Counted from the whole stretch's first letter, positions 50,000 to 63,345 are shown. The stretch is 63,595 nt of DNA, filler included, from Sphacelaria rigidula (GCA_964200075.2; 11 parts of 11 records of this genome joined end to end with filler, not necessarily neighbours in it), one strand, 5' to 3'. Notes: generated by a model from the sequence alone, not told the origin. Numbers and translations are program-made.

Positions 50000-50500
50000 C
50001 ATACTCGTTCTCGTCCGATGTATGTATGCAAATCTTGTCGAGGAAGTCCAATCCGCCAAGACTCATCTTCCGCTGAAAATCTGTGATGAATCGCCTCAAG
50101 AGGGTAATTTCTTGGAAGTATATTCGCCAACTGTCAAGAACGACCTGACTCGTAAAATTGTGCAGAGCACTCCACGTTTTGTGGACATTATCCTGAAATG
50201 GCACCGTGTTCGAATTTTCACCTTAAACCACACACGGAATATAGCCTTCCAGCTATAACTTTCGAACGACGATGAAGCACTAGAACTGTGGAATGATACC
50301 ATCGATAAATGCCAATTGTCTTACGAGGTGGCAAACCTGGACGCAAGTTTGTAGTTTGCAGCCCCCGTCTCACCTCCATTCTGAGAATTGAACTTTCAAA
50401 TTTGGTACAAGCTGGCCCGCCGGCGACGCGACCAGGAATATTGAGACGCTATTTCACCGCTCAGTCTTCGGTCGTTTCGAATCAAATGAAAATTTGACAC
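50000..50500 (+). pseudogene. Possible hAT transposase C-terminal remnant
   Basis: Across frameshifts EALELWNDTIDK..L.YEVA / RKFVVCSPRLTS resembles the hAT dimerisation pattern L.WW...L..VARKFL..PATS..SER.FS. It lies next to the hAT-like subterminal repeats. Confidence 0.35.
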
Positions 50501-51344
50501 GATGTATAGGACGTTCGTGTAAAGACACCATCTTCCTCCCCTGCATTTGTTTTCGTGGCTTATTTGCGATGTAGTTATAAAACAGGCTGTCCTGAAATGT
50601 GTTCCGTCACCCACAACTCACGAAAAAAAATCATGTAGGGGAGGAAAGATGAGATCTTCGCACATACGTCTCGTACATCGTGTCAACATGTCATAGTGAA
50701 CGGCCCAAAATTGAGCAGTGAAATCGCGTTTTCTTGTCGAACACGGTTCCCATGTGGATATGGACCAGCCACGACGCGAACGAGAAACTTTGAGCCATGG
50801 GTACGCTGTTCAGTTTCAAGTTATTTTCGGTGAAATTTTGATACGATATGCATGAGGTATGTTCAGGCCGTTTTTGACTGTTCGTATTCACCCCTGGTAT
50901 TTTACAAAATACGAGAAAAAAAACACAAGATGGCTTGTAACCGTTCGTATTTTCACAAAATTCCCCGAGAAAAATACGAGACGAGATAAATTTTGGGAGA
51001 TGGGCCCTCCTGGCTTGTATTTTTCAAATATATATAAGCTGAGATCGACCTGTACTATTCTCTCGTTCTCTTGATTCGAGACGCGGCCAGACTAGCAACG
51101 CCCGCTAGCTCTGAAAATGTGTGCGCCCTTCCTTGTCATCTGCTGGGCTGTCCTGACAGCAATGTCGAGCATCCCCAGCGCCGTTCACACGCTAGACTAA
51201 AATATGCTCCGCCATCCCGGCGCACGCGAGATGTCGTCAGGGGTTGATGATCTATTCATGCCGTGAGTTGTAGGCGTCAGTTTCCACACAACAGTAGTAC
51301 ACAGTGTCTGCAGTAAGAAAAATGATGCGAACAACGTGGCAGAT

Positions 51345-51770
51345 GTGGCCAACGTGCAATGTAGACAACACTAGGCAGCACTATACTATCTGTAGCTGTA
51401 CTGCCTCATTTAACAGTAGTAGGATGCGGATGTGAGGTTGCAGCCAACGGCTACTGAAAATGATCTGGACACCGTGCAGTGCAGACAGTAAAAGGCTTGT
51501 ACTGCCGCATACAACAGCTAGATGCAGATGTCAGTTTGACGGTAGAGTACGACGGTTGCACTAAATATGATGAGGACAACGTGCAGTGCAGACAGTACTA
51601 AGCAGTACTGTACTGTCGGTACTGTCGCATACGGCAGTATGAGATGCATATTTTCTTTTGTAGACAATAGCATGGAAATACGCAGTACAAAAAACGTATT
51701 ACTAGACAGTAAAGTGCTGTCGATACTGCCGCCTACGGCAGTATAGGATGGAGATGTCAGTTTGTACACA
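51345..51770. repeat. Degenerate tandem repeat, about 4 units of about 110-120 bp
   Basis: Recurring CGTGCAGTGCAGACAGTA...TACTG.CGC.TAC..CAG...AGATGTCAGTTTG. Confidence 0.6.
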
Positions 51771-52615
51771 GTATGAGCTGGGCCAGCAGCGGTCGGGGGA
51801 GGTCTGTGTTTCACGTCTTCTTACACCAACACAGAAGGCTTGGTACGGCGAACTCTCTCAGTCTCTGTATCCCGCCTTGGCGTGTATACCCCTTGAATTC
51901 GGCTAACCGTACTTGTGGTATCTCTCCGCTCTTTTTGGTACCCCCCCACCCCCTGCTATGATTGCTTCTCTTAGGGGACGCTTGGGCAATGCTAACCTGA
52001 CTCACGCACAAAACANNNNNNNNNNNNNNNNNNNNNNNNNNNNNNNNNNNNNNNNNNNNTTAATTAATTAANNNNNNNNNNNNNNNNNNNNNNNNNNNNN
52101 NNNNNNNNNNNNNNNTCAAATGCTGTTCGTCTTTTTCTCATTTTTTTTTTTTCTCCCCTTCCTCCCCCCAACCGCCCCGCCCCCCTTTTAAACTCTCCCC
52201 CCCCCCCCCCCCCCCCGAAGCTGAAATGAAATAACTGCACGTGGACAACATCGTATGATAACTATATAAAAAGTAGAGGAAGTGCAGTGTAGATCTCGTC
52301 ACCACTCAAGTACCACTTATTCAGGGTACGCTCGAGTTCTTCTTGTATTTCCTCTGTGGACTACCAAAACCAACACATAGGTTTCAGGGTACGGCCGGAA
52401 GGGGGGGCGTGTACTCATGATCATGCATGCTATAGTCATAAGACCATTGGCCTCGCATCCCCACAAAGCCGAGACGGAGCGCGCCGGGTTTTCGCCGGAC
52501 CAGGCACGTATGTCCAGCTGGATTTTTGCTCGGGGACGATTCTCGAAACCTCGGAGCCAAGCGAATCGGAAAAGTGGGCTAGACTTCTCTCAGTGAGGTG
52601 ACACAAAGCATCTAA

Positions 52616-52713
52616 CTCTTAGACCGCGAGATTAGTCTTTCTGGATCATGCATACATTTTTTCACTTGAAATTGATGTCGATTCAACAGAAGACTAATCT
52701 CGCGGTCCAAGGG
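52616..52713. mobile_element. 98-bp piggyBac-like MITE; diverged copies at about 4068-4175 and 29959-30060
   Basis: 24-bp TIR with 2 mismatches ending ...CGCGGTCCAAGGG, flanked by CTAA and TTAA. Confidence 0.7.
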
Positions 52714-53688
52714 TTAAGAAATGCGATGAGGATATTCCCTGGTTGACAGTCCCAAAAGCGAAAAATACAAAAATACGTCCGCCCTCGAAAACCAACGGCG
52801 AAAAAAACCCGGTCATAATACAATTTCTGCTCCCAAGCTTGTCCCAAGTGTTGATATCTTGAAAACTTCGACATTCAAGTTCTTAACCGCCAAGTTGCTT
52901 CAGCGGTGACGCTACCTGTGTACCTCTACAACGCACGCGCGAAGAGCTGACCTTGAAAATCATTCATATGAAGAAGACCGGGGAGCTTGACGGAACACTA
53001 CAAAGGCTGACGGTCACCAACCCTCTAGGGCCGTATGGCCCGTCGCAGTAGAACACGACAACAGTGTAACAGAGAGTGGTACGGTATATAATAGTACACC
53101 ACAATAACAGTCTGTTGTACTGTCGTACAGTCAGCGGAAAGATTCAGGACAAGTGGGAAACATCATTCGTCAGTTATTCATAGGCAGGTCATGGTCGCAC
53201 ACCCTAAGCAACTGTGGTCCACGTATCTCCCTTGTACTAGTGCGGCAGTGCTTCAGTTCGGCACGGTATGCAGTGGCGTGTTGGCGTGCCGTGAAAATTT
53301 CAAGACAGTACAGTATCGTGTGTCTGAATAACGTCATCCCAGTGAAAACGATCATCAGTCCGCACCTGCAAAGGGCAGTAAGCCGGATAAAATGGGTACA
53401 CCACGAGCACCCCGCACTTTGCCGAGAGAACAGGAGCTGATAGCACAGCGCCGTATCTTGTACACGTCCCTACATAAAAGCCCACGCCAGGCGTTGTTTC
53501 GCCGCCAAAGAGTACCGAAAACTAACAACTCGATAGTGGAATGAACTGAGAAGGTGTGCTATATGCTGTGTGACTATCTGTACCCATGATGACAAAACTC
53601 GCCTCCCTATTAATTCGACGGTCGCTTGGAGAATATTTTAATTCATGCATATGAATGTGTGAAACAATACTATTACAATTATTGAGTA

Positions 53689-54054
53689 GTGTGTGTGTTG
53701 TGTGTGTGTTGTCGTCCCATTTATTCTGGGCATCAGTCTACACTTTTCGGTTTATGTGGGTGCATCAGCCGGGGTCACACAGGAGGAGGGTCAATACAGG
53801 AGCTTTTTCTTTTTTACTTGTTTTTACTACCCCACCTCCCTTCTGCGGTGCTTGCCTTTTTATTTTTTATCGCGAGAGGGTTTCAGCTTTCCCTCGTCGA
53901 CCGTCAAGTCGAATTTTGTTTACCCACGACGTAGTCGCTCTCCACTGTTGAGCATGGTGTGAAAAAAGATTCCAGATCGCTCCGGGAATCGAACCCCCAT
54001 ATTCAACCATCAGAAGGACACGAGGTTACCAACTGAGCCACCGGGGCGACCGGC
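53689..54054 (-). mobile_element. tRNA-derived SINE family 1 copy (a tail-only fragment is also at about 5945-6025)
   Basis: A box TGGCTCAGTTGG, B box GGTTCGATTCC, CA-repeat tail. Confidence 0.88.
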
Positions 54055-57000
54055 ACTGAGAGTTTAATTCAATATCTTTTATGCTAGCAAAATTTATAAT
54101 TTAATTAACTAATTAAATAAATACCAATATGATTTTAATAATAATATTAAATTAATTAAATAATTAATAAATTATTATTCGGGGATGGGATGGTTGGTTG
54201 GTTGGTTGGTTCTGTATTTTATTTTTTGGAGAAAGGAAAGACAATTATTGTTTGAAGATGGATGGTTGGATGGTTGGATGGTTGATTTTATTTTTCGAAC
54301 AAGGGAAAATATATAAATAAATGAATAGATGAATTATTGTTTGTTTGGTTGGGTGGTTGGTTGTATTTTTTTTTGGACAAAGGAAATACAGTAATATTGA
54401 AATAGTACGGTGATTCTGGCGTACTCTCAGACCCACTTTCAAGGGAACGAATCTCGATTTCATTTGTACAAATACGAGTATTTCAGCCTGAATACAGGCG
54501 ATTTTCTCCAGTGTACTGGATTGATTTTTCGGTCCTAGTCCGTTGGGCAATGTTTTTCGCCTAGCGGTGAGCAAACCACATCGATTCTCCGATTGATTCT
54601 CTACACGTTGATTTTTGGTTCACCATCTTTCTGCTCAAATCGGGACACTGTCGCAGAGATGCGGGAGTGCGCCGATTTGAGCAGAAATGTGATGTATCGA
54701 AAATCAACGCCCAGAAAATCGGAGAAATGATGATGTGGTTTGGTTACAGCTAAGCGACAAAATTTGATATTGCCCGACGGACTGGGGTCCAAAAAATCAA
54801 TCCGCATGTTTTCGATGAATGAAACAAAGGGCTCCTAAAAAGTCTGACCTCAGAAATATTTGTGCACCCCTACCGTAGCATCACTCTTTTCGAGTGATCA
54901 TGTCACCAACAACGTTGACAAGCAAGCAGGGAGTCCAGCCCCCACCCTATTTCACCCTCCAGATCGACGAAAACAGGCAATTACAGACGGTGCAGATGTC
55001 GTTTGTTGTTACCTTCACATCAAAAGCAGTATGAGTATTATTTCGGGCAAAATACACATAATTAGGAAAACGCGCTACGAACACCGTTTTCGCTCGAAAT
55101 ACTTGACGCACCGGTACCTCGAATAACAAGATGCAGAAAATACGTGCTCTCGCATCCTGCAGCCATGCGTAAGAGAGCGGCCGTCGACCGAAACCTGCCC
55201 TACCCTGCGACTTCGGCCAGTTTTCAGGGGAACATGGCAGTGTACCTTTTCTAGACCAAAACAAATCCAACAATCCTCAAACAAAACAGCCGGAACCATC
55301 AGACGCAGAGGTGTTGTGAAGTTGAGAATATGACTTTACGTTCAGTACCGAACTGGCTCTCTGTGCATTAGAGTCAATACAAGTCTATACAGAGGGTCAG
55401 TGTATCGCAGATAGGCAGTGGCAATCTTCGTTAACACGAGCATGAGACCAGAAGTGGCCTCTGTACGGCTCCCGCTCGTCAGTCTTATCACCAGGTCAGT
55501 CACTGGGTGGAAGTGGGGTGAGGGGCGTGTTTACATCAATGATGATTTCATTTGCAGTGATCAAGTATCTGCGATGCGACGTGTTGTATGCATGGGTACG
55601 TGATGTCATTTGTACTTCAGCACATAAAAGTGTACCTCCTGCCTGAGACCATGGGTGCTTCAGCCCTTGCACGTATTGCATGGTCACACAGACTGCAAGC
55701 ATTACTTGAGGGATTCGGAGTGTGGTACTGACTGTACTGTGCGTGGGATGGGAACTTCCTACACACTGTTCTCTAAACCCCCCGCTTGATCAATTTCGAT
55801 CGCGCCGTCTTGCGTACTCACGGGCAGAGTCAGCCCAATTCCGCTCCGAAACAAGCAAAACCAACCAGTTGATCGCATCATACTGTACATGGCTCTCTTT
55901 CGGGAGGGTGCAAGGCTTGGTTCATGGGGTAGACCGCGCCCATCGCCCTGCTTGTAGTGGTCACGACGTGTGGGAATCAAATTTATTGAAGCGTTAACAA
56001 CGGTTATCCGCACGTGGGCAATTTGGTTTCCGAAAAACATGTACTGTCTGTGGCTTCTGTACGGCCCCTGCATCACCACCCAGGTTGGTTCTTAGGTGGG
56101 AGTGGAGTGAGGCGAGCGAGGGTTGACCAGCATCACTTGAGTCCCATTTTGATTCTCTCTTTGTTGGAATTGGCAGAGAGGGAGACTTTATTGGATTGCA
56201 CCAAGGGCACGCATAGTATCAGGGGTGTTTCGACTCACTACCGCCTGCAACAAGGGTGCTTCAGCTCACTCTGCCTGTCCTATTGCACGATTGTGTCGAC
56301 TGCAGAGAGACAGTAAGTCGGGGTACTGTGCGTGGGATGATCGCTGTCTGTGTGATATTTCTTTCGTTGTATCAACAAGTTGAAATCTTCATCGCGAGCT
56401 GTCGTGTCTCCGTCGCGTGGTGTTTCGCCTCGGACCATGCAAAGCTAACCATGCCCCACCATACCATACAGACAATTTGATAGTAACTGTATCTGCGTCT
56501 TTTGACTTCCTTCACGTCAGCTGATACACCAATTCAGGTATAGCTTATAGCGGCATGCAACGCGATTCTGAGTGATTCCAGGTTACACTCACGCCCATTA
56601 CGGAGGTTCGAGCACGCGACATTTTCATGGCAGAAAAATTATCACGATTGTCCGTGCCGTGTGCAACTCGTTGTGCTGCTGGCTAGTGTTTGCTCTGTGC
56701 CCAGTACTGTTGTCTGTATTTCCAAATGTTTTGCTCACTGTCCACGTACGGTCTGTGGAGTCAAGCAGCGGCGGTGGATACAGATATTCGTAGCAAATTC
56801 CAGACGCCGCCACGCCCCGGTAGTCTGATGATGTAAGGTACAACTGGCACCATTACACCGCGCGGCGGGAAGAAATGCGGGTTCGATTCTTTCAAAGGCA
56901 TCTATTAATACCGTGAAGGTCCGAGTCGTCACATAGGTCGGAGCCATCACTTACTGCGCAGGGATGCGATGAAGAAGCAAGTTGGAGATGAATAAGTTCG

Positions 57001-58857
57001 ATTTTCAAACCGGGGTCGGAGCTATCACACAGGGGTGCGATGAACACCCCTGCGTGAGAAGATAACCCCGAGAAAACGTCACCTTCAGCCATGAGGTTGC
57101 GTTGGTATGTGGGCAGCCCCGGGGCACATGTTTAGCTGCAACGGTTTGTTTCGCAGTGCTTTGATCTCGCGGTACCGTGTACCATCGGGGCTCCACTCCT
57201 TTCTGTATGGCACCGTGGCGGCAGACCCTTGAAAATAATGAGAAAAAAATGTGTACTGGTATATGGTCGCCACTCGACGAATCACACAGGTGAAGAAATG
57301 TACCGCTAACCATGGAGAGAGGGTCAGGCATCAGCCAGTAACAAAACTGGAAGAGGGCGAAATATTTTCAGGAGACAACCGCGCCGTACTTCGTCCTTGG
57401 CACACTTTCAACGATCAAACTCGCATAATACTATCCCGCTGCATACCACTCGCTGCACGCCACAACGGTGAAGGAACGAAGGTGCATCGAATTGATCTAC
57501 TCCGACGCGCGGAATGTCAGTCTAATTCCCTGCCGCTCGCTGTGATTCCATTCAGATGATTTACTGACTGCTTGATTGTCCCACATTACAGTAGTAGCCG
57601 ATCCCCCAGGAACCCGGACGTGGTCATTATCCACAAGAGAGACGTACCCAAGGTCAAAAAGAAGGAAATATCCGCTGAAGAAGAGTGAAGAAACCAGGGT
57701 AGTAAAAGAGAAACAAAGAGTACACTGTCCGGGGGGGGTGTACTCATGATCATGCTTGCCATAGTCATCAGACCATTGACCTCGCATCCCTACAAAGCCG
57801 GGACGNNNNNNNNNNNNNNNNNNNNNNNNNNNNNNNNNNNNNNNNNNNNTTAATTAATTAANNNNNNNNNNNNNNNNNNNNNNNNNNNNNNNNNNNNNNN
57901 NNNNNAGTGGCGTGTTTTTACAGCGTCATCGCCAACCGACGCCAACCCCATCGGGGGTCCGCCCCTACAAAGCCGGGACGGAGCACGCCGGGTTCTCGCC
58001 GGATCAGGCTAATACACGTTGGAGGGGGGGGGGGAAGGGGTGGGATACAGCGTGCTCTACGGTAACTTTTAGTATGGACGAGCAATCGCATGTGTGCACT
58101 GCCCACGAACGATTTTGCTCATAGTTCAAAGGCAGAGCATGCGACGATAGTCGCAACATTCATCACAGAAGCATTATCAAGTCTCATTCAGACCTGCATA
58201 CTCTTCACTCAGATCTGCATATCTTTCAGTCATACCCGACCGAATAACTTTCATTCAGGCCTCCATGTCTTTCAATCAGACGTGCTTATCTTTCACTGAG
58301 ATCTGAAAATATTGTATCCAGACTGCGTATCCTCCACTAAGATCTGCAGATCTTTCATTGAGACATGCGGCCGAACTAGTAAAAAAGACGCCAAGGCAAA
58401 AATAAGCACACCGCATAAACCCTAGGCCATTTGACGGGAGATACGACGCCCCACGTTGGCGAACTGAGCCGACAGTGCTCCCAACCCCTAAGAACACAAA
58501 AAAAACACTTTTCAATACTGTCATTCGCCATTAAAAAAACATGAAAAATAGGCAACGACTTTCCCCCTTAGCACACGAGCCCACTTGTTTTTCACGCCAG
58601 ATTTCGCAATTTGTCAGGGAGGCGTTTGTCGACGTCATGCACATCCGCATATTTCGCGTCGTGATGCATTGCTACTACTACCGGCACTACTCTACTTTGC
58701 AAAGCGTATGTTATTCATGTTGTCTGAATAAGCCCTACGGTGGTCTAATGGGAGAACTGACACCAAGATCGCAAGGGCGCGGGATCGATTTTTGCTAGAT
58801 TCACTCGAGGATTTGAAAAAAAAAGCATTTGATAGCAGTCGTCGAAAGCAGAGGGAG

Positions 58858-59098
58858 GTGACTATGATAGAGTGGTGCTATGAGAGCCCCCCCCCCCCTC
58901 CCCGCCCAAACCATCCCAACAGTATCACGAATAAAATGGTCATCATATAGTGCATGATAGCTGGTTTCAGACTGCATGCAGCGCCTCATATTGGCGACAT
59001 CGGCGAAAACCACCTCGAGCATGGGAGTTCCAGCTGCATTATGTACTCTGCTTTCGTAATTTTGGTTGACCTGCAAAATCTTGCCTCCTCAAATCAGC

Positions 59099-59171
<73 letters not shown>

Positions 59172-59195
59172 GGGGGGGGGGGGCTACCGTGGCAT
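58858..59195. mobile_element. MITE family A copy containing a (GT)n expansion at 59105-59169
   Basis: The internal sequence matches 61448-61711, and the right end is GGGGGCTACCGT. Confidence 0.7.
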
Positions 59196-59884
59196 CTCTC
59201 GGTAGCAAAGAAACTTTATTCGAACGAGAGTTGACGCGGTGCGGGAGCGCTGATAGTCATGATCCAATCTGCGGTGGTGCCGAATTGCAAGGCGTAAAAC
59301 GGGGAAGAGATGGCTTGATCTCGTGGGACCGCGGACTCACTTGTCCCGAAGAAGGGAAGAAGTCAGAAGTGTGCGGTGAAAAATATGAACAAGATCCCAC
59401 GGAAAAGAAAAAAGAAAAAAGAATGACTCTGAGCATCCAGATTGAGTTGTGGGATACCTAGTACCATTACACAAGTTTTTGCTGTATATATATATATATA
59501 TATAGGTGTTTTGGTGTGGATGTAGAGGGGTTTTCTTATTTTAGTTTTTGTCAGTTTTTTTCACGGGATAAGAAGAGATTATTTCCAACACTTGAGGGAA
59601 ACGAGAAAAGTCCAAATATACACACTAGAAAAAAAATGAAACAAAGACAACGAAACGCCAATGAAAAGCAATGAAAAGCAATGAAAATCACACACAGTAT
59701 TTTCAGTTTGATTCAGCTTGGTTACTATACCGCGCCTATCTTGTGGCCATGAGTACACTCGATACGGACAACTTTCAACGCGCGACAGCCGAATCAAATC
59801 GATCAATCAACCGACCAACCATCGAACGGACCAACCAGTCGATCAAACGAACAACCAGCGGAACGAACTCAGCAAGGTGCTCAC

Positions 59885-60081
59885 TTGTTCACGCCGGCCT
59901 TGTACTTCGCGACGAACGCATGCCTGTGCCCCGTGATCTGCATGTCCACGTCGCGGTCCAAGCTCAGGCGGACGGGTCGCCCAGTGAGATGAGCGCCCAG
60001 GGCGACGACGCACGACAAAAACACGGATCTTGTCTCCTTCCCTCCGAAGCCTCCCCCCATGCGCTTCGTTCTGCACACAAC
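59885..60081 (-). CDS. XDH: Xanthine dehydrogenase/oxidase exon (molybdopterin-binding domain)
   Basis: [65 protein letters not shown] contains the XDH signature [11 protein letters not shown] and RPVR..LDR..DM..TG.RH. tacag acceptor and AA|gtgagc donor. Confidence 0.93.
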
Positions 60082-61447
60082 CTGTACCAGTTTCGATGTA
60101 TAATATGCATAAAAACGTACTCTTAAAAAGTATTTTTTCGCACGGCAGCAAGAAGATGTGTGAATTTTTTCATCAAACATATTTGACCAACAAAAAGGCA
60201 CCGCGTCCCGTCGCGACCCGGCGGTCGAACTAACTGACTATTCGGCGAAAACGACGAGGCCTGCTTTGTCATCCCGGGCGTGAGAAGAAAAAAAGATCCA
60301 GATCTTTGTAGGAGCTGGGCCAATAACTACACCATACCGCTGACCCTAGCCTGAACCCCATCCCCAACGACGGCAACGGCAGATCGTGAATCCTCGGGCA
60401 GCGGGGGCGTTCTGTCGTTCCCTCGGTAATGTCTGCGTTGTTTTCGCTCAGAACGGCGCTGTTTTGAGCAAAAATGCGTTTGCGCACCTTATTTGCATGT
60501 TGTCTTTCCCTTGCCCTAAAAAATAAAAAATAATCATCCATGAACCAAACATCCAACCAACATTCCCAATCCCAACCGACCAATTAGTGAATGACCTACT
60601 GATAGCTATCGACCACTTATCAAAGAGATTGAAAAACATGCACCCGTGCTACATACAAAACTGAAATAAAAAAACGCGCATCAAACAGCCAAAAAAAAAG
60701 TAGATTACTGAAAAAAAAAAATGATGGTGAAATTAACTCAACCATGACAAAAAAACCACTTTCAGTAGTACAGTATTGGAATAAAATGTGGGAAAAAACA
60801 AACAAACATATATTGAATATGTTAACACGACCACAAAACCAAAACAAAAGTCTGAAATAAAAAGTACGTCTTGAAATAGAAGTGCTGAAAATATTTCAAG
60901 AAAAAGCACGTCATGTCACGCTGTGGCACAACAAGTGCATCCTGCATCCTGCATCTGAAGAAACCGGACGTCCTGAAAACCGAGTAAAAGAACCCTGTAT
61001 GAAGATCCGGATATGTTCATCACGTCCAAGATGGTGAGCATTGAAGAACAGCGCCGCAATAACTAGAAAGGGTGCAACATTGCGCGTTCAAATATGAAAT
61101 ATAGGTCCTTGATTGGCGGACCCCAGTTTTCGTTGAACACGTGGGGAGGTGGGAAGCAAAGGCGATTGGACGTGAGCCGTCAATGGGCGAGGTGCGGTAG
61201 TGCTGGTCTTTCCTCCGTACCAAAATATTAGGTACGTTGCGGGGGACGAGATGGGTCAATCCGTCGCGACTACGGGCTGACTTATCCCGAGGAAAGGGGG
61301 AAGTTTCAAGCGTATTGACGGGGAAAAAAACAAATGCCAGGGTCGGACGAAACATTATTCGTCTGATAATGACTTGTTGTTAGCGTAATTAATTCCTACC
61401 GTGCGAAATCAATCCTTGGTCTTTGTTTTAAGCGTCGACGCCCCCGG

Positions 61448-61711
61448 TGACACTTTCTACGATAGCCCCTCCCCCACCCCAGAACAGAAACAGCCCAAAC
61501 GGAAAGAACTTGTCATACAGCGCTTGATGTTTGGGTGCAGGCTGCATGAAGCGCCTCATCTGGGCGACATTGGCGAGATCGAACCCAAGCTTTGTAATTT
61601 CCAGCTGCTCGTCGTGCTCGGCTTTTTACATTTTGACTTACGTGAATATTTTGCCTCCCCGAACCTGGCACTTCTGTGGGGAGGGGGGAGGGGCTATCGT
61701 AAAATGTGTCA
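61448..61711. mobile_element. MITE family A, best copy (TIR TGACACTTTCTACGATAGCCCC / GGGGCTATCGTAAAATGTGTCA)
   Basis: About 22-bp TIR and at least five copies in the window, including a half copy at 34746-34838. Confidence 0.85.
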
Positions 61712-62749
61712 GGTACGCGAACTTCACGCGAGTAGAATAGCGCAATATTGGTGTTTGAGACGTTCTTGACCCGCAGTTAACTTTTCCATTTTCTTCGAGC
61801 AGTCAGAACTCAAAAAAGGCAGGTTTGGAAATTCGAAACAGCCATGATTTGTCTGACCCTTGGAAAAATGAGCAAGGAGGGAAGTCGGGGGGAGGGGAAG
61901 GGGAAACAAACCGCTTATGATCCCTTGCCGCAAAAGTTCATACAGCTGAACGCGATTTTTGGGGGATATACAAGACGAGCAGAGGATGTGTTTTGTTCAC
62001 CACGGCGGGGACACCAAGTGCATACACGATGGATCTACCGGACTGTTCGCCCACAGGATGGATGGGAGCTTACATGCCATAGCTTGTACATTTGCCAAAG
62101 AGTAATGTGCCGGTGGCGTCTGTCACGTCATGATCCTACCTGTACATGGGTTGGTGCGAGAAATGCAACGTGTGGTTCGATTGATCCCTTGCAAGCCTTC
62201 TGGTGCCAAGATGCTCACAAACAGTACTGTAGAGTAGGGGAAATATGACGGCATCCTACGAGTGTTTTTCTTTTTCCGAAATACAGGTGATCAAATAAGA
62301 AACGGCCAGCCCCTGCAGAGTAGCTTTAAATGAAAAAGGCCGAGGGCAGAAAGACAAAAGCACATCCACTCATACACCATACAAAACGAAAGGGCAGTGA
62401 GAGCAGATCGCGGCTCAGCTATTTCGGGCCATACTAATTGGGCATGAGCTCTCACCCATGTGCCCTGCGGGAGCAAGGCGCTAAACTGCTACCGTGAAAC
62501 ACCGAGAGAATAAAATAAAAACTAGAGAGATGGAGAGACAGAGAGACAGAGTAAAGGCAGAGAGAGACGGAAAGAGAAAAAAAAATAACGCATGAGAAGG
62601 AAGCTACGGGAGCGCTGAATGGGGGAAGCTGGATGAAGATGGAAGGAAATCCACCACCGTCTTCCTCTTATGGGGCGTTGAATTTTCCTTTTGCCCGTGG
62701 TGTTGCGGTGTTCCCTGATTGTGGTTTTGTGGATGCTAGACCTGAAACC

Positions 62750-63345
62750 ACATCATTCAGTGGTACCCGAGCTTGCACGCCGTCGTGAAACATACTGATG
62801 GCCGCACTCGTTCGCGGCGAGACTCCGAACGGGGCAAGCACTCCCCATAGGAGCGTGCGGTCTACGGAGTCATAAACCTTTTGCAGGTCGGCGAGGCACA
62901 CGTTAAGTGGGATATTGCTCGCCCATCTAACCCCTGCGGTTGGCTTTGCAGGTTGACGAGGCACATGCTTCGTAGGGTATTGCTCGCCCATCCAACTTCT
63001 GTGGTTGGCGTACCACAAATGACGCCTTCACCGACAGCTCATCCTCCCAGAACCAGCCCAAAACTGTCACGACGAAAATGGTCATACAGCGCCTGACGTT
63101 CGGTTTCATGCTGTAAGGATCGCCTCATACGGGCGATATTGGCGGTAACGAACCCAGGCGTGGGAATTCTCAGCTGCTCGTTGTGTTCGGTTTACGTCAT
63201 TTCGATATACGTGTAGATTTTGCCTCCCAAAACCAGCCGCCGTTTTGCGGGGGGGTAACGTAAAAAGTGTCGAACATCTTGTCGGAGGTTGATCGTTGGC
63301 GTCGGAATCCGTACCGTTCTTCCTGGAAGATTGTCTCTGGCAAAC
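62750..63345 (-). mobile_element. Short RTE-clade RT fragment split by a MITE family A insertion (about 63025-63271)
   Basis: IFQEERYGFRRQRSTSDKMF, then the MITE, then FVVRQPQKL..IPLNVCLADLQKVYDSVDRTLLWGVLAPFGV..MFHDGVQARV. Confidence 0.8.

Noticed and set aside
57730..58009. Apparent overlap between the end of contig 10 and the start of contig 11
   Set aside because: Both are copies of high-copy family C with different heads, and the contigs are ordered by length.
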